A stretch of DNA of 64,000 nucleotides from the human T2T-CHM13v2.0 reference genome, Homo sapiens (GCF_009914755.1 NC_060926.1); one strand, 5' to 3'; numbered from the stretch's first letter, positions 30,669 to 47,770 are shown. Notes: generated by a model from the letters alone, not told the origin. Numbers and translations are program-made.

Positions 30669-31959
30669 AGGATGACTTTTTTCCGTGAGTAAAGTAAAAA
30701 GACAATGTGGCAGAAACAGGTGGTAGCCTCCTCGGAGGCATGCAGGAGCCTCACCTGGGACCCAAAGACCCACAGTTTGGCTTTTAGGAGAAAACAGGCT
30801 CTAGTAAAACATATTTCAAAATAGGGATGGCGTGAGTAATAGAAGGGATATTTCTTAGGATTTGTTGATACTTGTTTTTCTATAATATCAATGTAAAAAC
30901 ATGCCCCATACTACTAGTTATGAATTGCTTCAGACATTAAACCCATACTCTGTTATCTTCTTCTCTTGGTTTTTAAGCCTCTTGGTAGGACTTAAATCAA
31001 AGAACATCTTATGATACCTCATGCGTGATTTTTCTTGGTGGTGCGATGAGGTAATTACTATCATATGGAGGGAGAAAGGAAGCGCCTCTTCTATTCATCA
31101 CCTCTTTTAATCTGTACATAAACCTAACAAGGAGGGCATTAGTAGCATCCTGCTTCTGCAACTGGGAAAGCTGAGACTTGGATGTGTAAATGCTTTGCCC
31201 AAAGTAAATTCCAGACCAAGTTCAAGGACTCAAAGTCCTGTGCTTGCTTCACGATGTCTTGTAAAAAGAGGAGAGAGTAGGGAAAGCTGGGCCAGAGGGT
31301 TTTTTTTTTTCTTTTGCTTTCTTGTCTCCTTAATCATGACAGCATAAATGAGTGGCATAATTTGTATTCTTGGTCTTACTGCATTCAATAAGTCATGGTT
31401 GAGCAGTCATTTTGTATAAAGTACTACTAATAGTCAAGATGTGGTTCTTGCTCTCAGTAGTTAAGACCAGACATAAATAAAGGAGGCAGAGACTGTAAGC
31501 TGGGCCTATGCCAGGAATTACATGAGGTGCTGATGGAATAGGAGCTGTGGGCGCTGGGGCAGTTGGCTATTTAAGGTTTCCGTAGAAGATGAGGCTTGAC
31601 CCCATGCTTGAGGGATGCACTGCGTAACCGAAGATCCCTCCCATGAGTTCTTGCACTGGCAGCTGTCTAGAGCTGGCTTCAGACACTTTCTACTCAGATG
31701 CCCACAGCCACAGAGGGGAGGCCTGCCACTCCCTGTCCACCCTGCAGCCTGGCCCTGCCCAGGCCATTCCTTCTGTGTTCTCCTCCCTTCTCCACTCCTG
31801 GGTCACCCGATGCTTCCTGTCCTCCACATGACACCTCATATGTGTCCTCCCCCTTCTCCTTCCCCTGTCAGAGAGTAGGGTAATATTGTACCTGTGTCCC
31901 TCCAGTGACACTGATTTCTTCATAGTCTGATGCAGAGGGCTGCTACTGAAGTAGCTAAG

Positions 31960-32540
<581 letters not shown>

Positions 32541-33239
32541 ATCTATGACTACTTATGTGTATGCCGGCGTTGTGGTATACTCAGTATTTATGCACAAGCC
32601 TACATGTCCTCTACCACACTGTAGATTCCCTGCGAGTGGAATCCTTGGGTAATGAATTTTTGTGTCTTCTATAGAGACCAGCAGAATCCCTAACATTTTA
32701 GGGATTCAGTACTGTAAATATTCACTGAATGAATGAAGAAGTACAAATGCAAAACATAAGTATGAATAGTTGGTGAAGACAGCACACTTTAAGTCATGTC
32801 AACGGTACGAAGCACAAAAATGAGGGGGCAGGAGAGGGAGGGAGGAGCCAGAGGCTATCTGGCCCAATCCCCACTCGCTACAAGAGACTTCTCGATAGCA
32901 TCATATAGTTCTCTTTTGTTATTGAGTTCTAATCTAATTCCACTCTAATTTAATTATACTGAGTGGTTTTGATCTTTTTTTTTTTTTGAGACTTTCTTGC
33001 CTACTTTTGGACTGAGTTTTTTTCTCATTTTTCCATTTCTTCCCCCTGTGTGTTTGGATTCTATAACATCCATACAAGCAGGCATGAACACCTCTTTGAG
33101 CCACTAAGCGATGAGCCCCTAATCATCTACCTGTGATTCCTGAGGCATCTGTTGCAAGGATGGATAGCCACAGTTGCAAAGAATTATTTCCTCTTTTAAG
33201 CCCAAAGTTGCCATTATTTTAACCACAAAGCATTGGTCT

Positions 33240-33622
33240 AGCTCATCCATTCATTTATCAAATGACTTACGGTGTCTGCTAATTGCCAGGTACTGTGCTA
33301 GGTGCTAGAGATAAAAAGGTTACCAAGCCAGAAATATTGTTACGATGCAAAACGTGGCCCAAACCTCCTATCTCCGACCCCAGCCAAGCTGCTCTATTGG
33401 TGCTTGATGGGAGGCAAGAGAATCATACTGACCAGGAGTCCAGGGACCTGGGATCTAGTCCTGGCTCTGCCACTTGTGGCCCTGGGTGAGTCGCATCACC
33501 TGTTCGCGGCTCAGTTTTCTCATCTGTAAAATGGGCCCCATCTATCTTTCAGGGTTGTTGTGAGGATCATAAAATGAGACAGTAAATGTGATAGTGATTC
33601 TAAACTCTAAAGCTCTCAAAGT
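33240..33622. mobile_element. L2 3' fragment (-) followed by MIR (+)
   Basis: catccattcatttatcaaat...gccaggtactgtgctaggtgct; then caggagtccagggacctggg...ctcagttttctcatctgtaaaatggg. Confidence 0.75.
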
Positions 33623-33736
33623 TTTTATTCACAACTTAATTGTACATTTAAAAATAACTAAAAGAGTATAACACAAGGGATAAATGCTTGAGGTAATGGA
33701 TTTTTTAAAAGTTTTTTATTCATATGGCATACTTAA

Positions 33737-34043
<307 letters not shown>

Positions 34044-35738
34044 CTAAAAGACTTCTTTATAAGGAGCCATATTGCTTTGGGGAGACCGAAGGCTGCTGAG
34101 GGCCTCAGGGCAGGGTTGATATGCACCTGCCAGCACGCCACCATAACATCTTCATGGAACCTTAACACTTTCTTAAAAGTGCTCCACCTCCTTTTTTTTG
34201 ACCCTTAAAGAAGAGACCAACTATTAGTACTGTGTGGCAACTGTGCCTGTCCTCTCACATGGCCAGGGGACTGGGTGACACATTACCCAGAAAGGTACAC
34301 TTCTGTGCTGGTGGCCACTCCAACACACTTCCTTTGTTTGGCTGGAGCTCGTCCACTTGACAAGGGGTCAGGAAGATGAAGCTGAATCCAACCCCCTACA
34401 CTGCCAGGTGGGTACCCGCTGCCCTCCCCACCTTGCTATGGACCATTTCTGATCTGGCTTCTGGACACAGACCATTTCACATTCTTCTACCTACATGGAG
34501 GTGAAACTCCCTTAGTTTTAGGCAATTCCTCATTTACTTAATTTCATTATATACTCCCTAATGGGCAACAAGGAGATTGGATGTGTGAGATTTATTTGAG
34601 AAAGGGCAAAACTGAGGGCAGCAAATGTGTAAGCCTTGTGAGTCCTTTCTCCTTGCAAAGGCAACACTCGTCTGGCTGGTGAAGCCAAGAGCACAGCCAC
34701 ACGGCTGTTTCTCATCCTGGCACCCCCAGCCCCAGCACAGCACCCCACAGAGCATGCTGGATGCGTTCAGTAAATATTTGTGAAATAAATGAATAAATCA
34801 ATGGCAGTTGTTTGGATTTCAATATAAATGGATCTTGGGCCTGAGATACTGCCAGATGGGCAGACAGGTTACAGTCTGGTGATGCATCTCCAAGGCTATA
34901 AAAATGTAGCCGTTGCTGGAGTCGCAGGCTGACATTTCAGATGATTATATGCACAATTTAACCACATGGCTATCTGTGCCCTCCAAGTGCCATCGCTTCA
35001 ACAACTGTTTTCATGTTGGCTTTTTTGCTCGTTCCTCTCTCTTTTTTTTTAAGTCAAGCATAATTTTTTGCAGCCTCTCGTATTTCTAGCTGAACGTGAT
35101 TTATTCATATAAAATTATGTTCCATTTTTATAAAACCCAAGTTACTGCAAATGATGCTTGAGGTTTCACAGAAAATATTAATTCCTGATCTGCTGCTATA
35201 AAGCATGCCTGCTCGCTGAGAGCAGCGCTGTCACTCTGAGACAGATGGAAGCAGTCCAAGGGTATGATTAACTTCTTAGTCCTGGCAATTGCCTAGTGCT
35301 CCTCTTGCCCTAGATTTCAAGATTGACCTCCAGCTTCTCTGCAGACGCGCAGTTGCTCAGCTTGATAAATCACATGAATCCCTTTTTTGATCAGAGTTAT
35401 CTACTATTTACTACTCATGAAGGGAAGTTAATCGTATTCAAGGCACTTCATATGCTGCACACATATCCTTCCTTCTTCCTAACGGCACTTTGCATATTTT
35501 CCACATTGGCGGTGATGTGGCTTCTTTCGCAGTGCAGAGGGTCCACACCAAAGATCCACCTTTATCCTGTTTGTCCTTCTTCTTTGTCTCTACTAACCAG
35601 CATCAAATACACCGACCCACAAGAAGAAAAAACACGAGAGGCACACAATAAGCAGTGAATAAGTGAGACGAATTCTGTCCCTTTGCAAACTGAGATTTTC
35701 TTGTAATTGGCTTCTTTACTTTGTCAAGAACTTTGCTG

Positions 35739-36050
35739 GGCCGAGTGTGGTGGCTAACACCTGTAATCCCAGCACTTTGGGAGGCCAAGGCAGGCAGATC
35801 ACTTGAGCCCAGGAGTTCGAGACCTGCCTGGGCAACATGGTGAAGCCCCCCCTCTACGAAAAGTCCAAAGATTAGCCAGGCATGGTGGCTACCATGGCAC
35901 TGGGCAGGGCACGGGGAGAGCTGAGATGGCTTGAGCCTGGGAGGTCGAGGCTGCAGTGAGCTGTGATCACACCACTGCACTCCAGCCTGGGTGACAGAGT
36001 GAGACCCTGTCTCAAAAAACAAACAAACAAACAAAACCAGAAAAGAAAAA
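35739..36050 (+). mobile_element. AluJ with a rearranged right-arm start
   Basis: Alu arms intact, but the usual cctgtagtcccagctact segment is replaced by unrelated G-rich sequence. Confidence 0.9.
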
Positions 36051-37654
36051 AGAATTTTGCCATCTCTTCTTGCCCTGTTTGTCTGCTTTTTTCATTTCTG
36101 GGGGACATAAATGGGCCTCTGGTAGGCCAGTTGACTCTCAGTGGTATAAAATAGATAAAAAAATTCTACTGTCCAGAGTAGAAAAGAACAGACAACACAC
36201 CATCCCACTCTCACACACCCCTTCTTGTCACTGCTGGGCGGGAGGCGCAAGTGAGTGGGGCTGAAGCCCAAACTCCCCTTCTGCTTGCCATGGTGATCCA
36301 GTTTCAACCTGAAGCACATTTTGCCTATTTGGGGTGAACCATAAATTAAGTCCATTGGTCAGGCAAAACCAAGCAAGGGAAAAGGTTTTTTGGGGATGAT
36401 CACAGTTGATTTTTAAAATTTATGTAACGGAAATATCACAGTTTTAATTTATCAAGATGTTATATTGATTACAGAAGATTCTCTGAACTTTAAAGCATAC
36501 AGTCTAAACTGTCAGATATTGGATTTGTGCTGAAATGCCAATTTAGAAAATAAATCAGGCGACTGGAGAAATGGAAAGACAAGACTGACTTTCCAAAGAC
36601 ATCTGGACATTCTCTAACCTCCAACAACCCAGAGGGATGAGACTTCTACCCACTCCTTAGGAAGGGAAAGGGAAACACACCCCTTTCTTTTTCTTATAAC
36701 TGGTCTCATCAGGTCAGATCTCAAGGCTTTGAAGTTGGGCTTCCTTATAGGGAAACAGATAACAAAAACTGGCTTCCTACAGTGTAAACTCATGTCCTTC
36801 CACCAACCCCAAGTCAATGAAATCCTGTTTCATCATCGATTTGTGTATCTTGGAACAAAATAGCTCCGGCCTTGTCTAAATGTCCTTGTGTTCACTGGAC
36901 ACTCAAGGTTGAGGCTCAGTGGAAGTGAAATGAGCCCATGGATGAGCAAACTTATAGGACACTGAGGTTCTGAAGGAGGATAAGACCCAGAGTGTGTCAC
37001 AGACATGCTCCTCCATGAGGAACCAGTGTGCATGGCCATAGCCAGTACGGGCTTTTCTGTCCTGTCCCAGAATTATAGAACTCAGGAAGCACCTTTTGAG
37101 GTCTGAAAAGTGCTTCTCCCCCAAGAACAAAGATGAAGGCATGAGCTAATCATTATGAAATTTTATATAAAGAGGTGATAACAGGCTGAAAGCAAAAGGT
37201 TTAGGGAACCAGGATGGTTTGTGTAAATGAATGTATAATAGGTTAATACCAGGCTCCAAGTAGCCAGAGATATTGGGCCTAGAACCCCACTTTGGGATAT
37301 TCAGGACCTGGGGAGATCTTTACTCAATTCCTTTCCCACCCTGAGGTTCCTCTGGCAGCCAGAACATTAGGCAAGTCATACAGTGGTCTGACTTGAGGCA
37401 CTCGGGTCATTTTTCTAGAAAATATTGGTTTATTCAAAAGAATAAGTAATGTGAGAGAAAATGACATCTGTCACTTGATAAGTTATTCTCTACTTAAAAA
37501 CTAGAAAATATGAATGCAATTAATTCAGCAAGTGTTTTAAAATCATTATTTTGAAGAAGGGTTTTAATTTCCATCTTGAAATGGTTACAAATGCTTATCA
37601 CTTATGGGGATTACGTCTGTGGCCCTGAATTAGTAGAGAATAGACAATAGAAAA

Positions 37655-38360
37655 AGAATGGCTGTTATTGAAAAGTCAAAAAACAACAGATGCTGGAGAG
37701 CCTGTGGAGAAAAACGAATGCTTGTACACTGTTGGTGGGAGTGTAAATTAGTTCAGTCATTGTGGAAGACATTGTGGTGATTCTTCAAAGACCTAGAGGC
37801 AGAAATACCATTTGATCCAGCAATCCCATTAATGGGTATATACCCAAATGAATATAAATCATTCTATTATAAAGACACATGCACGTGTACGTTCACTGCA
37901 GCACTGTTCACAGTAGCAAAGACATGGAATCAACCCAAATGCCCATTAACGATAGACTGGGTAAAGAAAATATGGTACACATATGCCATGAAATACTATA
38001 CAGCCATAAAAAGGAACAAGATCACGTCCTTTGCAGAGACATGGATGGAGCCATTATCCTCAGCAAACTAATGCAGGAGCAGAAAAACAAACACCACATG
38101 TTTTCACTTGTTAAGTGGGAGCTGAATGATGAGACCCATGAGGGGGAAACACACACTGGGTCCTGCCGGTGAGGTGTCAGGGGAGGGATAACATCAAGAA
38201 GAACAGCTAATAGATGCTGGGCTTAATACCTAGGTGATGGGTTGATGGGTGCAGCAAATCACCATTGCACATGTTTACCCATGTAACAAACCTGCATATC
38301 CTGCACATGTGCCCCTGAACTTAAAATACAAGTTGAAGAAAAAAAAAGAAAGAAAGAAAA
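37655..38360 (+). mobile_element. L1PA (older primate) 3' end with A tail
   Basis: ORF2 C-terminal peptide (GIYPNEYKSFYYKDTCT...WNQPKCP), L1PA 3' UTR and A-rich tail. Confidence 0.94.
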
Positions 38361-38814
38361 AAGAAAACGCACAGAGAAGGTAGCTTTACACAACTGCACT
38401 GCTAGAATAGCAAAGTCAGCTCGTCACTTTGAAATGACCAATTCTGAATAGAAAAAGTGCTACAGTAAAGTAAGGGAAATGCCCTATTACATTTGAGGAT
38501 AAAGAAATTTGTAAGAAGAGTGGTGACAATGAAAACCTCTGTTTTTGGGTGGGGAATGGGCTTGACAAGGGATTTTTTGTGAAAATATCAGAAAAAAAGG
38601 AAATGGCATTGTTCATCATTAACATCCATGGACATTTTCTCTTTAGGACAAAGTTGTATATGTTTTGGGAAGAAATCTTCGAATGTATCAGTCCTAGTTT
38701 CTGATGAATTGTCTTTGTATTTGTGACCATGTCTTCAAAATAAATCCTTATTTTCCTAAAATAGGTTTTGATTCATTCTACTAAAGGTCATAATGACCTT
38801 TTTTTTTCTGTATT

Positions 38815-38975
38815 TATATGTGTAGCTTTACTAAAATATAATTTACATTCCAAAAAGTTCACCCATTTAAAGCATACAATTCAGTGGTCTGGTATACTTA
38901 CAAGGTTGTGCAACCATCACCATAATCTATTTTTACAACATCATCATCTCCAAAAGAAATCTTGTACTCATTAAC
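38815..38975 (-). mobile_element. L1M 3' terminal fragment
   Basis: atataatttacat...cacccatttaaagcatacaattcagtgg...tgtgcaaccatcacc. Confidence 0.7.
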
Positions 38976-39580
38976 AATGACCAAGTTTTGTAAACTTTGA
39001 GGGTTTTCCCTTGCGTCTCAGTGCATTTTGTTGAAGGAACTGCTTACTTAAGAAGAAAAGTCAAAGACAGAAAAGAAATATGTATAGGAAAGAAATGACT
39101 ATGTTATATTCTACATGTGTTTTGATCTAGACTCTTTCCTCCTCCTACTGACACATTCAGAAGCAGAGCAGTCATCAGCTTTTGTGAAAATCCCAAAAGC
39201 AATTCCAGAAGATCATGTGCCAGCCACTCAGGACACGCAGGCTTGTGTGGTTGTCATGGGGAAGGTTTTGTAATTGAAATAAAAATACTCATGCTCAGTC
39301 TGCCACCACACAGAAAATGCTTTTCACTCATGCACACCAGATAATTCGCCTAAGTGACAGGTTTTACTTTGGAGGAAGCACCGAGCTAAGCTGGTTTACA
39401 CAGTCAATGATGGCTCATTCCATGAAAAAGGAACTGGGAAGGAAGGCAGGGTGGTGAAGGTTAGCTAGACAATGTGGAGGTGGCTGCCAGCCAGTCAGCC
39501 AAGGGCACAGCTCCTCCTGCTGCTTCTAATGCTGTGGAGACACACAGGGATTTCATCTTTACCTCCTGACAGTTCCTCAA

Positions 39581-39586
<6 letters not shown>

Positions 39587-39666
<80 letters not shown>
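39587..39666. repeat. Compound microsatellite (CA)n(CT)n
   Basis: Directly visible. Confidence 0.97.
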
Positions 39667-39671
<5 letters not shown>

Positions 39672-40358
39672 CAATCTTAGTAAGTGAAAAAACAAAAACC
39701 AAAACCAACCAAACCAAACCAAGGGTCTGGTCTATTCTAGAAAGTGACTTTACATACCCACATTCAACTATCTGTCTACAGCCTTTCAGACAAAGCAGGA
39801 TATAAAATACAGCCTGTGTGTGTTTCTTGATGAGGTTTACACATCTCATTCAGTAACACGCGCCAGGAGAAAGACGCCAAAGCAAGGAGTAAAAAGTCAA
39901 GCACGTGGGACCGTGAGTTGTTGGGTTATGTGCATAAAATATTTCAAGAGAGAGAATCTTATCAAAAGATAGATAGCTCCCGGTGAAATGATATGGAAAA
40001 AGTCTGAAGAAAACATCTCAAAATAAATGAAGTATTTATTGCTGAAAAATGAGCTTAGATCTCAGCCAGTTCCAAAGTTCAGAATTTACCGCACCACTCA
40101 GGCCTTTCTCTCTAAGTTTCTTGTCTCTTGTTTCATTGCACAACAAGGGATTCTTCATACTTGCTATGAAATACAACAAGGCGATTTTTGCAGTGATAAA
40201 CTCCACACATGCATGATAAATCCAAGCATGCAAAATGTTTAACATCCCAGTTCAGAGATACTTTAGGGACAAAATCCGATTATGAATTATATGCCACAAT
40301 AAATAGGGCTCAATGTTTCATAAAGCAATTTATAGTTCATAAAAATGACAAAATGTAC

Positions 40359-40399
40359 CTGTCAGAGAGAGCGCGGAGAGCCGTTCTCTGAGCTGCCTG
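40359..40399 (-). CDS. AFF3: AFF3 internal coding exon, 41 nt, QAAQRTALRALSD(S)
   Basis: Minus strand reads ccctttctttcttccag|CAG GCA GCT CAG AGA ACG GCT CTC CGC GCT CTC TCT GAC AG|gtacat. Phase-0 start matches the phase-0 end of the 52-nt exon, and the peptide continues AFF3. Confidence 0.95.
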
Positions 40400-40879
40400 C
40401 TGGAAGAAAGAAAGGGCAGAGATGTTTATTTAATATTCTGACTTTTGAATTACGTGCTCAATGAACACTTAAAAAAAAGACCCCTGCATTACACACATTT
40501 TTGCCATGTGGCCAAATTTTAAACGACTAGCAATGAAGTAGAGAGCACTGTTGTAAAATGTGAAATGTGTGTGATGAAATGAACCTTCACGGACAGTTAA
40601 CTGAAGCCCGGCAATGCACACCTGCAACTAGGGGATGAGTTTGTCGGGGGGGCAAAGGACTGTACCCAGGTAAGCTTGGACAGGCCTCTGGAAATTGGCA
40701 AAGACCAGAGCTACTTCTCTGAAATCACTTTCCCATTGCTTTATTGTCCTTTCCTATAAGAAAACAAAAAGGTCTGTTTTGGTTTCTTTGTAGCTTCTTT
40801 CCCAATGAAGGTGTAATTTTTCACTCGGATTTCAGATTGAAAGTTTCCACAGTTGGAATATGGAATGCCACTAGAAATC

Positions 40880-41450
<571 letters not shown>

Positions 41451-41528
41451 ACATGAAATGAACAAAACTTTCATTTTGTATTGAAAATGTATTGATTTGT
41501 TTTTTGTTTTTTTCTTCTACTAAAATTA

Positions 41529-41530
<2 letters not shown>

Positions 41531-41562
<32 letters not shown>
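41531..41562. repeat. (GT)n microsatellite
   Basis: Directly visible. Confidence 0.95.
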
Positions 41563-41565
<3 letters not shown>

Positions 41566-41620
41566 CTGAAATTTCCCATAATAAAAAAACTAAAAGAAAA
41601 AAATCATAAAAAAGGCTCTA

Positions 41621-41986
<366 letters not shown>

Positions 41987-42093
41987 CTATTTTTCACCCA
42001 TTTGCCTTCTATCTCTGGGCCCAATGAGGCCAAGGAAGGCAGATGGCACACGATGCTCTCTGTCTCAGAAGTCATGATTGGGGAGGTCAGTAG

Positions 42094-42606
<513 letters not shown>

Positions 42607-42989
42607 TAAAATACACCCTTGGTGACAGTTCCACATCTTGGGATAAAAATAAAAGTAGAAGCAGTTATCGTCCCAGAAAAGCTCCTTCCTAAGGTAGGAG
42701 CTGGATGACCTCGGTACACTTTTAGAATAACATGGACATGAAAGATTAAGGCAGGGCAGTGTCAGGAAGGTGCAGGGATGGGCGGCCACTCCTCAAATGG
42801 TGCCTGGAACCATGAGCCGGTGTCAGTACATATCTGCTGAGTAAATGTTAGAGGGATGAATCAGTCAGGAAAGCCTTCCCTCTGAAATCTGAGCATAATT
42901 TTAAAGACAAGGAAGGATGTGGTCAGGAGAGAGAAGGCATTGATAGCACTGGGCTAGACGGCACAGCAGGGGCCTGTCCCAGCCTCTGG

Positions 42990-43203
42990 CAGCAGCTCTC
43001 AACCGGGGCACCCATGACTCCCAAACCCTGGGTGTCTGGAATTGATGAGGGTGTTTCTGTGCATTACATTCATGAGGGGGATCAATAATGGCAGTAGTGT
43101 CTGGGGCCAGGGATACTAAAGCCCTTCAAAGAGCAGGAAGGTCCCTTGTATAATGAAGAATTGTCCCCTTAAAATGACAAAGGGTGCCTGCAGAGAAACA
43201 CTG
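42990..43203. mobile_element. hAT-Charlie MITE (MER20-like)
   Basis: CAGcagctctcaaccgggg ... gagaaacaCTG termini and gggccagggatactaaa...aatgaagaattgtcc core. Confidence 0.6.
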
Positions 43204-44603
43204 CGGCAGAGTAGGAATGAAAGGAGAGCAGAAAGAAGGGCTGTAGGGAACATGAGCTCCAGGGCCTGGCAAAGATAAGGGGAATTGAGACAACTTCCAT
43301 AAGTAATGCAGCAACACTGAATTAGGAAAACCATCTAGTGTGTTGAGCCGGGGTTGGAGAGTCCGACATTCTGGGACAGGTTTTGCCATTCATTTGCTAT
43401 GGACCTTGCGTCTGGCCTTCAACCTCCGGCTTAGTTTCCAAACCACCCTTTCCTTCTCTGAATAGGGTGCTGAAAGAGACAGTCAGTCCGTGTCCAGGCT
43501 ACTATGGACAATCCAAGGGGTTACTGTCCCCTCCTCATTCCCTAGATTCTGAATGAAGACCCCATGTCCTGGTATTCCATTGTCATAGGATTACCACAAC
43601 AGATAAAAGAATACAGATCTACTGATCTTCTTGATAAGGAGAGCTGAGGGAGCAGCGAGAGGCAGGGGAAGAGGACCGGAGCCTGAGGAACCCACGCAGA
43701 CACCTCCAGGGATGGGTGCTTCCCTCTCCCCTCAGTCCCTCTCCTGTGCTCTTCCATGGAGCCAGCGCAGAGCATGCTGATAAAACGCACCCAGCAGGCA
43801 ACAGGTGGCATCACTGCTGGCAGGTTTGTCTCCTGGAGAGTTTCCCTCTCACTCAGCAAGATGGCTTTCGCTTTAGGCCGCGATACTTGAACTTAATTTA
43901 ACTCCCTACTCCTGACTGTTTGGCTGAATATACAAGAAGTATTTTTGAACTGCCCCAAAGAAAGGTGGAATGTATTATTAGTATTGTCTCTTAACATCAT
44001 CTCAGCAGGAGCCATGAGAGACTGGCTCCTCCTGGAGTAACAGAAATCATAAGAGGTGTAACTAAAAGTTCAATAGAAACCTTCAACATGGCATCTGAAT
44101 TTCTCCCTAGTCATGGAAATAGACCAAGGCTGTCAATATTTTAAAAGGCTATTGACTCTTTTCTCTCCCACCTCCAAACAATTCCTGCTGACTTCTGTGA
44201 TACGGAAACAGCGCTTGCTGATGTGCAGCTGGTCAGAAAATGATTTAAAAAGCGAAAGGAAAACAAACAAACAAAAAGAAGAAACACTGCTGTCTGGCCG
44301 CCAATGGAGTGCCTAGGAATTGAGGCATCCCAGTGGCGGCACCTGTTGGCAATGCCACAGGACTGATGTTAGCCCCGTCTTCTAATACAAGCTGAGTTGG
44401 AAGCTTAGAGCAAGGGCTGCTTTCCTTTAGCAGACTGGTGTGATGCTGGGAACAAAAGGTCCTTCTGGGCCGAGAGACAGGGCACCCTACGAGGCACTAA
44501 GCAGTGTTCTCTGTTGATTCTTCACTCTTCCAATCTGTCACATGATGTATGCTACCACGCATGCAACAGCATGGTACTTAGCACCATCAATTGCCTGCAC
44601 TGC

Positions 44604-44932
<329 letters not shown>

Positions 44933-45819
44933 TAATTTTCATTGTGCTATTTAATTTGCAGTTACTCTACATCATTAAAAATTTTACAAAAACTCACCAT
45001 CTATTATGAAAGAAGAGGAGTATATGTCAGATGTTTTAAATAATTTGAGGAAAAAACCCTTCATGGCATTATATTAATTGTATATATACCAGAGCAAAGG
45101 CCACCAAGATGTTTTTACTGACTCCTCTCTTTAAAAAAACCTTCAGCTTTTGCACACTATTTTATTTTACTACTGGAAAATAATGAAACGAATAAATATT
45201 GGAATTAAATGGCAAAGAAAAAATTAGGTGACTCATGATTGAAACTTGAAAAAGTACTCATAGTAAACTAGATGAATTGCCCAATTTCATTCCTTCAAGA
45301 GTTATACATTACAGCAACTATATTTTTCTCTTCCTAAATCTCACATCATCTCTTCCTTGCGACTTGCCTTTTATTCAGTTCTCAGCAAAATAGGTTGAGA
45401 GGGTTAAGAGAACACGTCATTGATCCTTCCTGAGTTCATTATTCATTACGAATGATTCTAAACTCCAGTCTATGAGACAAAACATGTTCTTTTTTTTCTG
45501 CCAGAAATTGCCATTTTCAGGTTCTCCTCAAGAGATGACATATTTTCTCTGTCTTTATTATAGCAAGCTTGTTGCTTGGGAACACAATCAGTAGATATTC
45601 AGGTTTCAATGTATGCTAAATGAATTACAAGTCACATTCTGTTATTGAAGGGAAATCAAAGAGGAAATTAAATGCCCTTATTGTAATTGGGTCAAGCACT
45701 GAACAAGCTCATGGATCCTGGAGTGGGGAGGAAAACAAAGGGAGAGGCTGAAATTCAGAGGGCTCTCAGAATGATCTCATTTCTTACTTGATAGAAACAG
45801 AACTTACGCCTGGAGAGGT

Positions 45820-45942
45820 TTGTAATTCAGTCTGAAGTACCTACTATGTGCAAGCACTGGACTTGGCTTAGGTGGCAGTCACAACAAACAAAGCCCTTGC
45901 AATATTGTGCTTAGTGTCTAGAGGTGGGGCAGACATGAAAAG

Positions 45943-45990
<48 letters not shown>

Positions 45991-46885
45991 CAGTCTACAT
46001 TCCAAGGGGCATGGCTGAAGAGGACAGGGTGCTCTGAAACCAACTAATGAAGGAAACCTTGTTTGGAATGAGTGTCAAGGAAGGCTTACTAAGTAAGAAA
46101 TAACAAAGCTGAGGCTTAAAGGATAAAGAAAAATGATCACATCAGAGAAATGGGGGTGGGTGGCGAGGGGAGTGCTCTAGGCAGGGAAGCTCTAGTTTGG
46201 GAGCAAAGGCCAGGAGCTGGCCTAGATCCTGGCTCAGCTGAAGAACTACAAGATGTCACTGTGCTGCGGTTCGGCAAGTGGTAGGGACAGCAGCAGAGCA
46301 AGATGAGGCCAATCCCAAGGGTTTTAGACATCAAGTGAAGTATGTTAGGTATTAACACAGGACAATAGAAAGTCATCGAAGGGTTTACATTAGGGGAAGC
46401 TGGGTGAAGCATGCATGGGGCTTGCTTATATGTTCTTTGCACTTCCTGTGAATCTATTATATAATTAAAAAAAATAGTACGGAGGGAGGCAATAAGATTT
46501 TTCAAACATCTTGCTGGCTTCTGCATGATGAATGGAATTGGGTAGGAAGCGACAAAGTTTGAGGTTATTGCAGTGATGTGGGCAAGAGAAGAGCATGGTA
46601 GTAGTGAAGATGGAGAGAGCTAGTGTTACATTGTGAAGGTCTGATTGAGGGAACAGGTGACTGATTGGATGTGGCAGGCCAGGGAGAGGCATCAGGTGTG
46701 AGGTCCAGGTTTCTGGCTTGGGCACCTGGTATGGATGGAGATCCACTTGTTAAGTGGATTAAACTGGGGGCATAAGAGCAGGGGGCAAAGGCAGAATTGA
46801 GTGTTGGGTGTGTGAAGTTAAAGTTGCCTACAAGATGTTTCAGTGGAGACTCTGAGTAGCTAGCTGGATACATGAGACTGAAGTT
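45820..46885 (-). mobile_element. L2 fragment containing (CA)n (45945-45988) and a short + strand L1M 3' end (about 46370-46475)
   Basis: cctactatgtgcaagcactg...aggtttctggcttgggcacctgg...gctggatacatgagactg are typical antisense L2. Confidence 0.75.
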
Positions 46886-47636
46886 ATTAAATGCCAATTA
46901 AGTAAGAAACATCAATAACAGTCATAAAAAATGGATTGAGGTTTCTGGATCTACATTTTGCTACTGTTCTAAGAGAAAAGATTTAGGTTTCAACTGGTTG
47001 GGATATATCTTTGTGTTTTCATTATGGATGTCAGTAACCTCCATTTTTGCTATCAACAGTATCAGATTTATTCTGCTGACAATAAAGGAGGTATCTCTGC
47101 ACAGGGATTTTAATCAGCTTGTTGCACCTGTGATAGGACATTGTATCCATATTCAAATACTTGAATAAACGCCCTTGCAGCCAATCTTAGTTTGTGCTTT
47201 GCTGTTACTGAAGCACACTGTAAAATTTAGACCCAATCACATATTTTTATAGAAGTTCTATTTGTAAAGCCTTACATTTTTGCTGTTCTTTTTCAAGTTG
47301 AGACTTGTACTTATTAATTTATTTCACGGTTTAATTTCCTTCCACATCTATAAGCAATTTTATGTTTCATTATCTGAACTTTTATGCCATTGTTTTCCAC
47401 TTCAGTCCTAGTTAATGGGTCTCTTAACTTTTTATGTTGTGGGCTTCCATTTAGTATTTTTCAACCCGTTTAGTAATATCTGCAAGACAAAGGAAAAATT
47501 CTTACTCCTCTCTATTTTTTCCTCAGCAATAATGAGTCTTTTGCATTTTCGGATTCCTAGAAATAAATGCTGCCTAGGAAGCATTTTGTTCGGTCAACTT
47601 TGACCTCATCCCATTCTCTATAGGGGTCAGGCAGTC

Positions 47637-47770
47637 AGGGATGATAATATAATTTATCATCCAAATAAGAACAAATTTGAGAGAGAAAGGGGATGCTAAC
47701 CAGACTGGAGTCAGAGACAAAACGAGAAAACCTGGCTGTTCTGGGCACATGGGGCTGTACAGTCGCTCTA
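47637..47770. mobile_element. MER94-like (hAT-Blackjack) MITE
   Basis: atataatttatcatccaaa...tttgagagagaaagggg...gtcgctcta matches the MER94 layout. Confidence 0.65.

Noticed and set aside
44333-44352. CTCF-like GCCAACAGGTGCCGCC on the minus strand
   Set aside because: Mismatch at a core G position; not supportable without ChIP data.
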